Part shown: one piece after another, positions 45,148 through 53,738 of the stretch
Numbering within the stretch: the stretch's first letter is position 1
How the letters are laid out: each line of letters begins with the position of its first letter
NCBI GenBank assembly: GCA_944331805.1
Contig: CALVIS010000001.1
Location: 1-59,400 of the forward strand
Length of the DNA stretch: 59,400 nt
Origin: an uncultured Bacilli bacterium
GTDB taxonomy: Bacteria > Bacillota_I > Bacilli_A > RF39 > UBA660
Direction of reading: 5' to 3'
Translations under genes and position numbers: made by a program
Notes under the pieces: model-generated
Seen by the model: only the letters and a program-made list of their open reading frames with translations
Told to the model about the DNA's origin: nothing
Database searches by the model: none

Positions 45148-46066
45148 TTAATATTAACAAATCTATTATTATATTATTTTCATAAATACCACTTTTAATT
45201 TTATAGTCGATATTAGATAGATTCTTAAGTAATTTTCTTATCTCTTTTAAGGTATAATATCTAACTAGTTCTAACGTTTTCTTAACTCTAAAAGGATGTA
45301 CTTCTAAGATACTTGCCATATCGTTATAGGAGATATTTCTTTTATTTAAGACTTTTACTTGATAAAGTAGTCTATACTGACTTTCTAATAGTCCAAATAA
45401 AGCATAACTTTCAATATTATAACTAAGTAGTTCATTATAGATATTTAAAGCTTTCTTCTTATCTTTTAAAGCTATTTCACGAACTAAATCAAAAGCAAGA
45501 GTATCTTGTTTATTTAGAGGTTTAACTAGTAAATCAAGTGCCTCTTTATAAGTAATTTTCTTAATATCAATAAATGCCAAAGCTAGTTTTTTAGTCTCAC
45601 TAATTAGTCTTTCTAAGTCTTCACTATAATACTCTTCTAAAAGATTAATAACTCTATACTCTACATCATAGCCTTTTAATATATCTTTAACTATTTCTTT
45701 AGTATTAGTACTAATATTAACTAAAGAAAGTTTATTAATAGTTTCTTTAACTATCTTTTTTCTTGTATCTATATTAGTAGTTACAAAGATTAATAAAACA
45801 TCATTATTAGGATTATCTAAGTATTTAGATAAGGCTTTAATATTTTTATCATCTAGATTATTATTAGATAGATTTTTACCTATTATTACTTTACTAGGTG
45901 TTAGAAAAGAGATAGTATCAGCATCTTCTATTAGAGTGATGATACTATCTTCTTCTAAATCATAAGTAGTAATGCTTGCATCACTAAAGTTTTTTTCTTT
46001 AATTAACTCTTCTATTTTTTTATCTATAAGACTAGTAGCATTACTTTTAATTAAATAATTATTCAT
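45137..46066 (-). CDS. holA: DNA polymerase III delta subunit
   Basis: 309 aa. C-terminal LEVHPFRVKKTLELVRYYTLKEIRKLLKNLSNIDYKIKSG matches the HolA pattern (hp.rvk.a....fs...l......l...D..iKsG). Confidence 0.78.
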   Translation of the reverse strand: MNNYLIKSNATSLIDKKIEELIKEKNFSDASITTYDLEEDSIITLIEDADTISFLTPSKVIIGKNLSNNNLDDKNIKALSKYLDNPNNDVLLIFVTTNIDTRKKIVKETINKLSLVNISTNTKEIVKDILKGYDVEYRVINLLEEYYSEDLERLISETKKLALAFIDIKKITYKEALDLLVKPLNKQDTLAFDLVREIALKDKKKALNIYNELLSYNIESYALFGLLESQYRLLYQVKVLNKRNISYNDMASILEVHPFRVKKTLELVRYYTLKEIRKLLKNLSNIDYKIKSGIYENNIIIDLLILNIK

Positions 46067-48749
46067 TAATTAAGCCCTCTACTGCACTTTTTATCTCTTT
46101 TAAATGACTCTTATCTTTAATACCACCTTGAGCGAATGTAGGACTTCCTCCTCCATTACCATCAAAGGCTGTTGTGATATTTTTAATGACATATCCAGCA
46201 TTAACTGATGGGATAGAACTACGACAAATAAAGTTAACACTATTATCTTCTTTAATATTAGCAAGTAAAACTACCACTTCATCAAATTTATTACATAAAT
46301 TATCAGCCATGGATTTTACTAAGAACATCTCAATATTATCAAGTTCTAAGTATAATAGTTTTTTACCATTAATCTCTTTTGCTCTAGATAGGTAAGCATC
46401 TAAGCTTGATAAAGTTAATTTCTCTACTTCATTATTATAAGTCTTCTCTAAGGCTTTAACTTCACTTTGAACATAAGATAGTTCATTTTGATTATAAATG
46501 ATATCTTTATAAGAAGTTGGTGCACTATTATCTATTTCCACATCAAAATCTAAGTTAATGTTTTGTCTTTTAGCAAGGGCAAGGATTTCTTTCGCTTTTA
46601 TTAATAGTTTAACCATCTCATCATTATAAGGTTTAATTACTTCAAATAAAGTATTCTCTAATCTATTACCAGTAACCGCTTCTATTCTATAAGTATTACT
46701 TCCTTTAGATTCAAAGTTGAATATGGCAAACTTACCTATATCTTTTGTGTTAGCAACATGAGTACCACCACATAATTCTATAGATTTATCTATTTTAACA
46801 ACTCTAACAGTACTACCATATTTCTCACCAAATAAAGCCATTGCACCCATTTCTTTCGCTTTGTCTAAAGGCATAGTCTCAGTAGAAGTTATAACGTGTC
46901 TATTAATGATATTATTAACAAAGTCTTCAGTCTTAACTATTTCTTCATCACTAATTTTTGTTGGACAAGTAAAATCAAATCTAAGTTTTTCTTCATCTAC
47001 ATAACTACCTGCTTGTCTAATATTTTTATCAACTACTTGTTGTAGAGCATATTGTAAGATATGTACGCTTGAATGATTCGCTTCAATCTCTTTTCTTCTT
47101 TGTTTATCAATAATTACTTCCACTTCATCATTTACTTTTATAATACCATCTAATAGTTTTACTTTATGAATATGTTGTCCATTAGGACCTTTAAAGACAT
47201 CAACTACTCTTGCTTTAAAGTTCTTACCTACAATCATACCTGTATCAGACACTTGTCCTCCAGACTCAGAGTAGAAACATGTTCTCTTTAAGATGATATA
47301 ACCAGAATGATCAAGAGACTTCTCTAACTTATCTTTACTTACAATTGCAAGAACACTACTCTTTAAACGATATAATCCATAAACAAATGTAGATGGTTTA
47401 GTAAAGTCCATTAAGACTTTCTTCTGACTAGCCATAGATGTCTTAGAACGAGAATTTTTCTTAGCTTGTTCCTTTTGTTTTGCCATATAATCATTAAATT
47501 CTTGTTCATTAACAGTATAACCATTTTCACTAGCAATTTCTTCTGTAAGTTCTAATGGGAATCCATAAGTATCATATAATCTAAAAGCATCATAGCCACT
47601 AATAACTTTATCATTATCATCACTCATAATCTCTTTTAGACGTCTTTCACCATCTTCTAGAGTATTAAAGAATAGTTTCTCTTCATCTAATATGTATACT
47701 GCTACTTCCCCTGAGTTTTTCTTTAACTCAGGATAAGCCTCTCCCATTACTTGAACAATAGTAGGTACTAATTTATAAAGGAATGGTTCACTAAAGCCTA
47801 AAGTTCTTCCAAATCTAACACTACGTCTAACTAAACGTCTTAAGACATAATCTCTTCCTGTATTGCCAAAACTTGCTCCATCACTTATGGCAAAAGTTAC
47901 AGCCTTCATATGGTCTGCAATTACTTTAAAGGCAACTTCTCCATTATATAAAACGCCACTTAACTCTTCTATTTTCTCAATAATTGGTTTAAATAAATCT
48001 GTCTCAAAGTTAGACTCTGCACCTTGGAAGATACAAGCCCATCTCTCAAGTCCTGCTCCTGTATCGATATTTTTATGAGGAAGTTCCTGATATTTTTCAC
48101 GAGGAACACCTGGTTTAGAGTTAAACTGACTAAAGACATTATTCCATATCTCAACATAACGATCTTGATCTTCATCATGAATAAACTTCTCCCAAGCATT
48201 GTTTTCAGGATCTAATTTTTCTCCTTGATCAAAGAATATCTCACTATCAGGACCACATGGACCTTCTCCTATCTCCCAGAAATTGCCTTCTAATTTTATA
48301 ATGTGATCTTTAGGCATACCTAACTCAACCCATTTATTATAGGCATCTGCATCGTTTGTATAGACTGTTACATAAAGTTTCTCTTTAGGAATATCAAACC
48401 AATCTTTACTAGTTAAGAGTTCATAGGCAAACTCTATCGCTTCGTCTTTAAAATAATCTCCAATCGAAAAGTTACCCATCATCTCAAAGAAAGTATGATG
48501 TCTTTTGGTAACTCCAACATTTTCTATATCATTAGTTCTAATACATTTTTGAATATTAACAATTCTTCTTGATTCTGGTGTAACAGTACCATCAAAGTAT
48601 TTTTTTAAAGGCGTAACACCAGCATTAATCCAAAGAAGTGAATCATCATTAATAGGTATTAAGGGTGCTGACTTAACATATTTATGTCCATGTTCTTCAA
48701 AGTATTTAATCCACATCTTTCTAATTTCATTACTAGTCATATATCTCAT
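46059..48749 (-). CDS. alaS: alanine--tRNA ligase
   Basis: MRYMTSNEIRKMWIKYFEEHGH, class-II core, editing-domain HSSVHILQ...CGGTH, and C-terminal DHHA1 (GGGSPTFAQGG). RBS AAGGAGAG. Confidence 0.96.
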   Translation of the reverse strand: MRYMTSNEIRKMWIKYFEEHGHKYVKSAPLIPINDDSLLWINAGVTPLKKYFDGTVTPESRRIVNIQKCIRTNDIENVGVTKRHHTFFEMMGNFSIGDYFKDEAIEFAYELLTSKDWFDIPKEKLYVTVYTNDADAYNKWVELGMPKDHIIKLEGNFWEIGEGPCGPDSEIFFDQGEKLDPENNAWEKFIHDEDQDRYVEIWNNVFSQFNSKPGVPREKYQELPHKNIDTGAGLERWACIFQGAESNFETDLFKPIIEKIEELSGVLYNGEVAFKVIADHMKAVTFAISDGASFGNTGRDYVLRRLVRRSVRFGRTLGFSEPFLYKLVPTIVQVMGEAYPELKKNSGEVAVYILDEEKLFFNTLEDGERRLKEIMSDDNDKVISGYDAFRLYDTYGFPLELTEEIASENGYTVNEQEFNDYMAKQKEQAKKNSRSKTSMASQKKVLMDFTKPSTFVYGLYRLKSSVLAIVSKDKLEKSLDHSGYIILKRTCFYSESGGQVSDTGMIVGKNFKARVVDVFKGPNGQHIHKVKLLDGIIKVNDEVEVIIDKQRRKEIEANHSSVHILQYALQQVVDKNIRQAGSYVDEEKLRFDFTCPTKISDEEIVKTEDFVNNIINRHVITSTETMPLDKAKEMGAMALFGEKYGSTVRVVKIDKSIELCGGTHVANTKDIGKFAIFNFESKGSNTYRIEAVTGNRLENTLFEVIKPYNDEMVKLLIKAKEILALAKRQNINLDFDVEIDNSAPTSYKDIIYNQNELSYVQSEVKALEKTYNNEVEKLTLSSLDAYLSRAKEINGKKLLYLELDNIEMFLVKSMADNLCNKFDEVVVLLANIKEDNSVNFICRSSIPSVNAGYVIKNITTAFDGNGGGSPTFAQGGIKDKSHLKEIKSAVEGLINE

Positions 48750-48792
48750 ATTACTTCTCTCCTTCTTGTACGATTTTTATATTCATGTAATT

Positions 48793-48901
48793 GTGCAGAT
48801 GCGTCTGCACTAATTAAATTTTCTATTACTTCTTATAGTTGTGCAACAAGGTGTTGCACAACTTTATCTATTAAAGCTCTTAATTTTTCCACTGGCGGTG
48901 G
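48793..48901 (-). promoter_or_regulatory. structured alaS 5' leader (three GC-rich hairpins)
   Basis: GTGCAGA-TGCG-TCTGCAC (48793-48810). GTTGTGCAAC-N5-GTTGCACAAC (48838-48862, a perfect 10-bp stem). CCAC-N5-GTGG (48889-48901). None is followed by a U-run. Confidence 0.4.
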
Positions 48902-48908
48902 CAAAATA

Positions 48909-49457
48909 TCATTCATTATCTATTTCATCAAGTATCTCTTCTAATCTTTTATAAAAACTACTAAGATCTCCATTATTTAAGATATAATAATCCGCAAAGG
49001 CAATAGGACCACCTTTAGCAGAGTTTTCTATCTCGGCAACATCTCTTTTAATAATATCTTCATGATTAAAAGGCCTATCAGGTCTTGACTCAACTCTATT
49101 ATATCTAATTTTCTTATCTGTGCAAACACAAATTAGTTTTAAATCTTTGAATCTTTCTTTAAGTATTAAATACTCATCCCAAGAATATAATCCATCTAAA
49201 ACGGTATCTCCTATACTATAAGCATCACTTATCTTAGGAAGTAGGATCTTGGCAACTACTCCCATACCATGTTCTTTTCTTAAATTCTCTCTAAACTCTT
49301 TTTGACTATCAGGAGTAATCTCAATACCTGCTTCTTTCATCTTATCATAAATTACTCCTCCAAAGTATATCTTCTTATAACCCTGATCTTCTAGATATGT
49401 TGTCGCTACACTCTTACCTGTTCCACTCATACCAACGACTGCGATTAATTTTTTCAT
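48909..49457 (-). CDS. P-loop nucleotide/nucleoside-monophosphate kinase-fold protein
   Basis: MKKLIAVVGMSGTGKS P-loop at the N-terminus and 182 aa. Layout resembles dephospho-CoA-kinase/UPF0200-like small kinases. Confidence 0.5.
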   Translation of the reverse strand: MKKLIAVVGMSGTGKSVATTYLEDQGYKKIYFGGVIYDKMKEAGIEITPDSQKEFRENLRKEHGMGVVAKILLPKISDAYSIGDTVLDGLYSWDEYLILKERFKDLKLICVCTDKKIRYNRVESRPDRPFNHEDIIKRDVAEIENSAKGGPIAFADYYILNNGDLSSFYKRLEEILDEIDNE

Positions 49458-50002
49458 AAATACTCGACCCCACTTTCTATATCCATAATCTTATCTGCCT
49501 CTTTATATAACTCTTCTTTAGTAGTATTTTTAACAACATAATCATAATCTTTATAATTATCCATATCAGTCTCAGTAATATGCTCTTTTTCTTTAAGAGT
49601 TAATTTATTATCATAATTATCTCTAATTACATGAATTATCTTTATCTCAGGAAATCTTTCCCTTAACAAGTTAAACTCACTAACAAGTCTTCCATCAGTA
49701 ACAATAAAGACATCAAAGTAATGTTTTAATATATCTATATCTTCACATAATCTATCTACTAGAAATGTATCTTTATGTAAGGTATTTCTAATTACTTCAA
49801 TTCCCATCTCTTGTAAAAACTCTCTTGGTTTATTTCTCATATCACCATCCCAACTAAAATAGTTTCTAGCATACTCATATAAAGGTGTCGTTATATGAAG
49901 AATACAAGCACTATCACCTTTAAAATCGTATTTAGTCTTCATATAACTTCCAAGTAAATCTTTACCACAACCAGCTTTTCCTGCTAATAAAAATATCTTC
50001 AT
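49454..50002 (-). CDS. deoxynucleoside-monophosphate kinase-like protein (T4 gp1-type)
   Basis: MKIFLLAGKAGCGKDLLGSYM parallels the T4 dNMP kinase N-terminus MKLIFLSGVKRSGKDTTADFI. 182 aa. Overlaps the next kinase by 4 nt. Confidence 0.55.
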   Translation of the reverse strand: MKIFLLAGKAGCGKDLLGSYMKTKYDFKGDSACILHITTPLYEYARNYFSWDGDMRNKPREFLQEMGIEVIRNTLHKDTFLVDRLCEDIDILKHYFDVFIVTDGRLVSEFNLLRERFPEIKIIHVIRDNYDNKLTLKEKEHITETDMDNYKDYDYVVKNTTKEELYKEADKIMDIESGVEYL

Positions 50003-50025
50003 CTAAACCAACTCCTAAAATTACA

Positions 50026-50079
50026 TAAAAAAGACCACTGTAGGAGTGTATAATACACGTTACCATCCTACTTTGGTCT
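50026..50079 (-). terminator. long imperfect hairpin plus U6 terminator after the AI-2E transporter gene
   Basis: Minus strand reads AGACCAAAGTAGGA...GTGTA-TTA-TACAC...TCCTACAGTGGTCT followed by TTTTTT. Confidence 0.6.
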
Positions 50080-50156
50080 TAATTTTGATAAAGGTCATCC
50101 CTACAAAACTCTAGAACTAGCTTTCCAAAAGAGTCTTAGTTAATTCTCACCTACCA

Positions 50157-51362
50157 TTAACTCTCTTCTATAAGACTCTCTTTTGTACTCTTTTCCTTCG
50201 TAGTTTTCTTATTATTTTCTTGATAATTATTAAACGCTTCACCTATACTAGAATGCTCCATAATAAATTCAAAAATTATCTTAATTGTAGCGATTACAGG
50301 TGTTGCAACTATCATTCCTATCATACCAAAGAAATAGTTAAAAAGCAAGAGTCCAAGCATAATTGTAACAGGATGTAATTTCATAGTCTTGCCCATAATT
50401 AGAGGTTGATAGAAGTTATTTTCAAGTAACTGGCAAACTACAACTGAAACTAAGCAGAATACTCCTACCATCGGATCAATGGTAAAGCCAACGATTACTG
50501 CTGGAGCACCACCAATCCATGGACCAATATATGGTATTACATCGGTAATAGCACAGAACAAAGCGAAAAGGAATGGAGCGGAAAGTCCGGCTAAAGAAAA
50601 GCCAATAGACTGAGTAATAAAGACTAGTACCATTATTAAAAGTACTCCCCCAACATAACTTCTAAGTTTACCATTTATACGTCTCATCAAGTCTTTAGCA
50701 TTCTTATGCCAACTTTTAGGCATAATACTAAGTAAATGTCCCTGAAATTTACGAAAATCAAATAGTAAATAGAAACCTATCATAATACCTAAAATAATAT
50801 TAGTCGCACCACTAATAACTCCTCTACCAAAGTTCCAAATAGTATTAGGTAGACTACTTGCAAGATTAGTTCCTACATTTTCTATCTTATCAAGCATAGT
50901 ATTTTTATAGTTTTCAATTTGACTACTATCACCAAATTTCTCTAACATATCGCTTGCAAAATCTTGGGCATTATCAACGATATCAGGAACAACTGAAACT
51001 ATATCAGTAACCCCACTTGAAAATGTAGGAATAGTCAAAACAAGAATTAAAATAATACCACCAAAGATGATTAAATAAGTTAGGATACATGCTAAAACTC
51101 TAGGCATTTTATGAGAAAACTTAGTTGCTAAAGGATCAAGTAGCCAGGCGATAACAAAGCCTATAAAAACAGGAGATATAACTGATAAAATAGTACCAAT
51201 TATACCAAGAATATTCCATTCCTTAATTAAGTAAGTTGCAAGAAGTATAGCAAGTATAATAACTAAAGCAAGAACAAACTTTAATAAGTTATTAGAAGTA
51301 TAAAAGAATCTATTAATAGCTTTATAATCTAATTCATCACTTTTATTATTTTTACGAAACAT
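50157..51362 (-). CDS. AI-2E family transporter (PerM/UPF0118)
   Basis: 401 aa with about 8 TM helices. Central cytosolic loop and C-terminal conserved block (ITDVIPYIGPWIGGAP...HPVTIMLGLL) are typical of the family. Confidence 0.75.
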   Translation of the reverse strand: MFRKNNKSDELDYKAINRFFYTSNNLLKFVLALVIILAILLATYLIKEWNILGIIGTILSVISPVFIGFVIAWLLDPLATKFSHKMPRVLACILTYLIIFGGIILILVLTIPTFSSGVTDIVSVVPDIVDNAQDFASDMLEKFGDSSQIENYKNTMLDKIENVGTNLASSLPNTIWNFGRGVISGATNIILGIMIGFYLLFDFRKFQGHLLSIMPKSWHKNAKDLMRRINGKLRSYVGGVLLIMVLVFITQSIGFSLAGLSAPFLFALFCAITDVIPYIGPWIGGAPAVIVGFTIDPMVGVFCLVSVVVCQLLENNFYQPLIMGKTMKLHPVTIMLGLLLFNYFFGMIGMIVATPVIATIKIIFEFIMEHSSIGEAFNNYQENNKKTTKEKSTKESLIEES

Positions 51363-52140
51363 ATAATCCCTCCATCTATATGAAGTATTCTATCACAAAC
51401 ATTATTAAGAGTAAATAACCTATACTTAGTATAACCAAAAGAAAAAGTTATAAACCAAAATATTTATAGCTTCAACTTAAACTTATTATTAAACTAAATT
51501 TCTTATTTGACTTTTAGAAAGTCCTGTCGCTTTAACTATATCTTTTATAGGCATACCTATATTAAGAAGATTCTTAGCAATAGACTTTTTCTCATTACTA
51601 ACACCTTCTTCTCTAGCAATATTACTATGATATTCTATTTTTAATGCTTCTTCTTCTTTTCTTCTTTTCTCAGGATCATATAGTCCTATATTATCAATGT
51701 TATCTGTTAGTTCATATAATTTATCAGCAACTTCCATTAATTCATCGTCTCCTTCCGCTATTTTTTTAATTTCTAGATAATCATCTAACATTAATATTAC
51801 TAATTCTTTGTCTAGTTTAGTTAGCTCTTCTCCATTAAGATATTTGTTATAACTTTTCATCATATCTATATGTATCTTTTCACTTGTTTTAGTTTCTATT
51901 ATATTTTCATTATTCTTCATATAAAATTTAGATATATTTTCTTTTCCTAAACATTCTTCAAAGTTATTAAATATATCAAAATTAATCTGTATTACTTTTA
52001 TTTTTTTTACTATATTCTTCTCCTTTACTTAATAATTCACCTTTTAGTTTTCCAAAATAAGCATCATTTCTCTCTATTAGGCCATCCCAGTATCCACGAT
52101 TACACTCTAAGTTAATAATAAACCCTGGTAATTTAAATAG

Positions 52141-52158
52141 AGTTGTTCGGAAATTAAA
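52141..52158. repeat. IS terminal inverted repeat (left)
   Basis: AGTTGTTCGGAAATTAAA. Confidence 0.85.
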
Positions 52159-52995
52159 TTAAGCAATATAAAAGTTATACAATGCACAAATCAAAACAGA
52201 AAATGGTGCAAAAAAATTTAAATTATTTCTAAATTTAGTACTAAGTATCTTAAACCTTTTAATCCAACCATTAGTATGTTCAATAAATATTCTAGTCGAG
52301 CCAATCTCCTTATTATAGTTTATATCATCTTCAGTAAGAGGATGATTTTTACTTTTCTTTTTAGGAATTTTACTATTATTGTGAATCTTATTTATTCCAA
52401 CATATCCTAAATCTGCTGTGTAAGTAACATTTTCGGGAGTTCCTTCAAATGTCCTCTTAAAAAGGTGAAAATCATGCTCTGCACCTAATCCAATCTGTAT
52501 TTCATAAATAAAGCCTGTATCTGTTCCTTTAATAATTTGAATTTTCATTGTATGATATTTCTTTTTACCAGAATATTTACTTTTTTGATTGTATTTTGGT
52601 CTTTGAATTCTGATTTCTGTAACATCTAGTAATCTGTTTTCAGAATTTTCATTTTTTGTGCATTTAGAACCCATAAGAGTAAAATTTCTATCTTTTAAAA
52701 GTGTATCTAATACAAAATGTATATATTCACATATTACACTTTTAGATACACCCCATTCAAAAGCATAATCTTCCATTGCATTATATTGCTTTATGTATAA
52801 AAGAAATATTATAACCATTTCTCTAGCACCATATTTAGGTGTTCTTCCTCTTTTATTTTTATGCTTTTTATTTAATTCTTTTTGAATTGTTCTTATCATT
52901 GCATAAAATATTACTCTTCCAACTCCTAATAATCGTACAAACTTTGTATAATTTAACTTGCTTAATCTTTCTTCTGAATACTGCTCTTTTCCCAT
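52159..52995 (-). CDS. DDE transposase (DDE_Tnp_4 / IS5-family type)
   Basis: N-terminal HTH region, then LLDVTEIRIQRP...YSGKKKYHTMKIQI...GAEHDFHLF...YTADLGYVG...STRIFIEHTNGWIKRFKIL, which follows the D-D-E pattern of PF13359-type transposases. Confidence 0.85.
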   Translation of the reverse strand: MGKEQYSEERLSKLNYTKFVRLLGVGRVIFYAMIRTIQKELNKKHKNKRGRTPKYGAREMVIIFLLYIKQYNAMEDYAFEWGVSKSVICEYIHFVLDTLLKDRNFTLMGSKCTKNENSENRLLDVTEIRIQRPKYNQKSKYSGKKKYHTMKIQIIKGTDTGFIYEIQIGLGAEHDFHLFKRTFEGTPENVTYTADLGYVGINKIHNNSKIPKKKSKNHPLTEDDINYNKEIGSTRIFIEHTNGWIKRFKILSTKFRNNLNFFAPFSVLICALYNFYIA

Positions 52996-53128
52996 TTTTA
53001 TTCCACTAAAATAGCCTTTATGGAATAACTTAGGAAATTCAAATTGCTAGATATGAATTAAAGTTACTCCATAAAGGCTACTTTCTAATTTCCTTCTTTC
53101 ATATCTAGCACTTAAATTGTACCACATT

Positions 53129-53146
53129 TTTAATTTCCGAACAACT
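53129..53146. repeat. IS terminal inverted repeat (right)
   Basis: TTTAATTTCCGAACAACT, the exact reverse complement of 52141-52158. Confidence 0.85.
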
Positions 53147-53480
53147 TTAATATAAAATCTGAGACTTTTTTTCTTTCTAGAGCATTCGCTATTTTATGTT
53201 CACCATTCTGTTCTTTAAAGTTTTTAATAATAAAATCTTTATCAAGACCGGTTAATTTAGATATTATATCTCCTAAATATAAAAGACAACCTCCCATAAT
53301 GGCTTTAAAAACACCATCAAGAGTCGCTTCGTAGACAAAGTTATTAGATATCATATAATCCCTAATCTTTTCATTAGAGACATTCTTAGGAATATTTCTT
53401 TCCCTAATTTTTCTCATAAATTCCTCCTCTCTGCAATATTTATAGCATGCTCTAAAAATCATTGCAAAAAGGTAATTTTC

Positions 53481-53595
53481 AAAATTCACTGTTTAATCAA
53501 GGGCCAATTTAGTAAATTCACTAGATGAAAATACAAAATTCACCCTAAAAAACAACCTCAATTTATAAAATTCATATTTTTTTCAAGAATTTCAT
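53481..53595. repeat. five phased copies of AAATTCA(C/T)
   Basis: AAAATTCAC at 53481, TAAATTCAC at 53513, AAAATTCAC at 53535, AAAATTCAT at 53567 and GAATTTCAT at 53587. Spacings are 32, 22, 32 and 20 nt. Confidence 0.5.
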
Positions 53596-53738
53596 TTCTC
53601 TCCTTTCCCCATCTTTTATACATCGACTCTTCTATTTACAACGTATCATAATAGATAATATTAGTCAATAAAAAATGAACACATTATTTGTATTTTATAG
53701 CTATTTACTGTAAACTTAAATATAGAAAGGAACTAATT

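Larger units (their letters stand above)
52141..53146 (-). mobile_element. 1006-bp insertion sequence (IS5/Harbinger-type DDE_Tnp_4 transposase)
   Basis: Perfect 18-bp terminal inverted repeats AGTTGTTCGGAAATTAAA (52141-52158 and 53129-53146) bracket a single transposase ORF. The last codons and stop (LFGN*) of ORF 53130..53489 are supplied by the IR. Confidence 0.85.
51489..53489 (-). pseudogene. Rpn/PD-(D/E)XK (PDDEXK_2, TIGR01784-like) family gene disrupted by an IS and a frameshift
   Basis: There are three collinear pieces. Piece 1 (53489-53147): ...DGVFKAIMGG..YLGDIISKLTGL...KKVSDFILK. Piece 2 (52140-51982): PGFIINLECNRGYWDGLIERNDAYFGKL..KGEEYS. Piece 3 (frame of 51920-51489): ends EGVSNEKKSIAKNLLNIGMPIKDIVKATGLSKSQIRNLV, the typical family tail. 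Confidence 0.6.

Noticed and set aside
48750-48908. A T-box riboswitch in front of alaS.
   Set aside because: This is the expected regulator, but I could not find the conserved T-box sequence, a specifier loop with GCU, or a terminator/antiterminator pair. At 159 nt the region is also too short. It is reported instead as an unusual leader.
50003-50156. A riboswitch (fluoride/crcB-like ...GGAUGG...CUCCUAC, or preQ1-like) upstream of the kinase pair.
   Set aside because: Only fragmentary resemblance. The conserved GGnGAUGGnnUUCnCC core and pseudoknot partners are absent, and the downstream genes do not fit. The structure is adequately explained as the terminator of the AI-2E transporter gene.
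52120-53170. Target-site duplication flanking the IS.
   Set aside because: The flanks (…TTTAAATAG | IS | TTAATATAA…) share only imperfect TTTAA-TA similarity. I could not define a clean 2-9-bp duplication by eye, so none is claimed.
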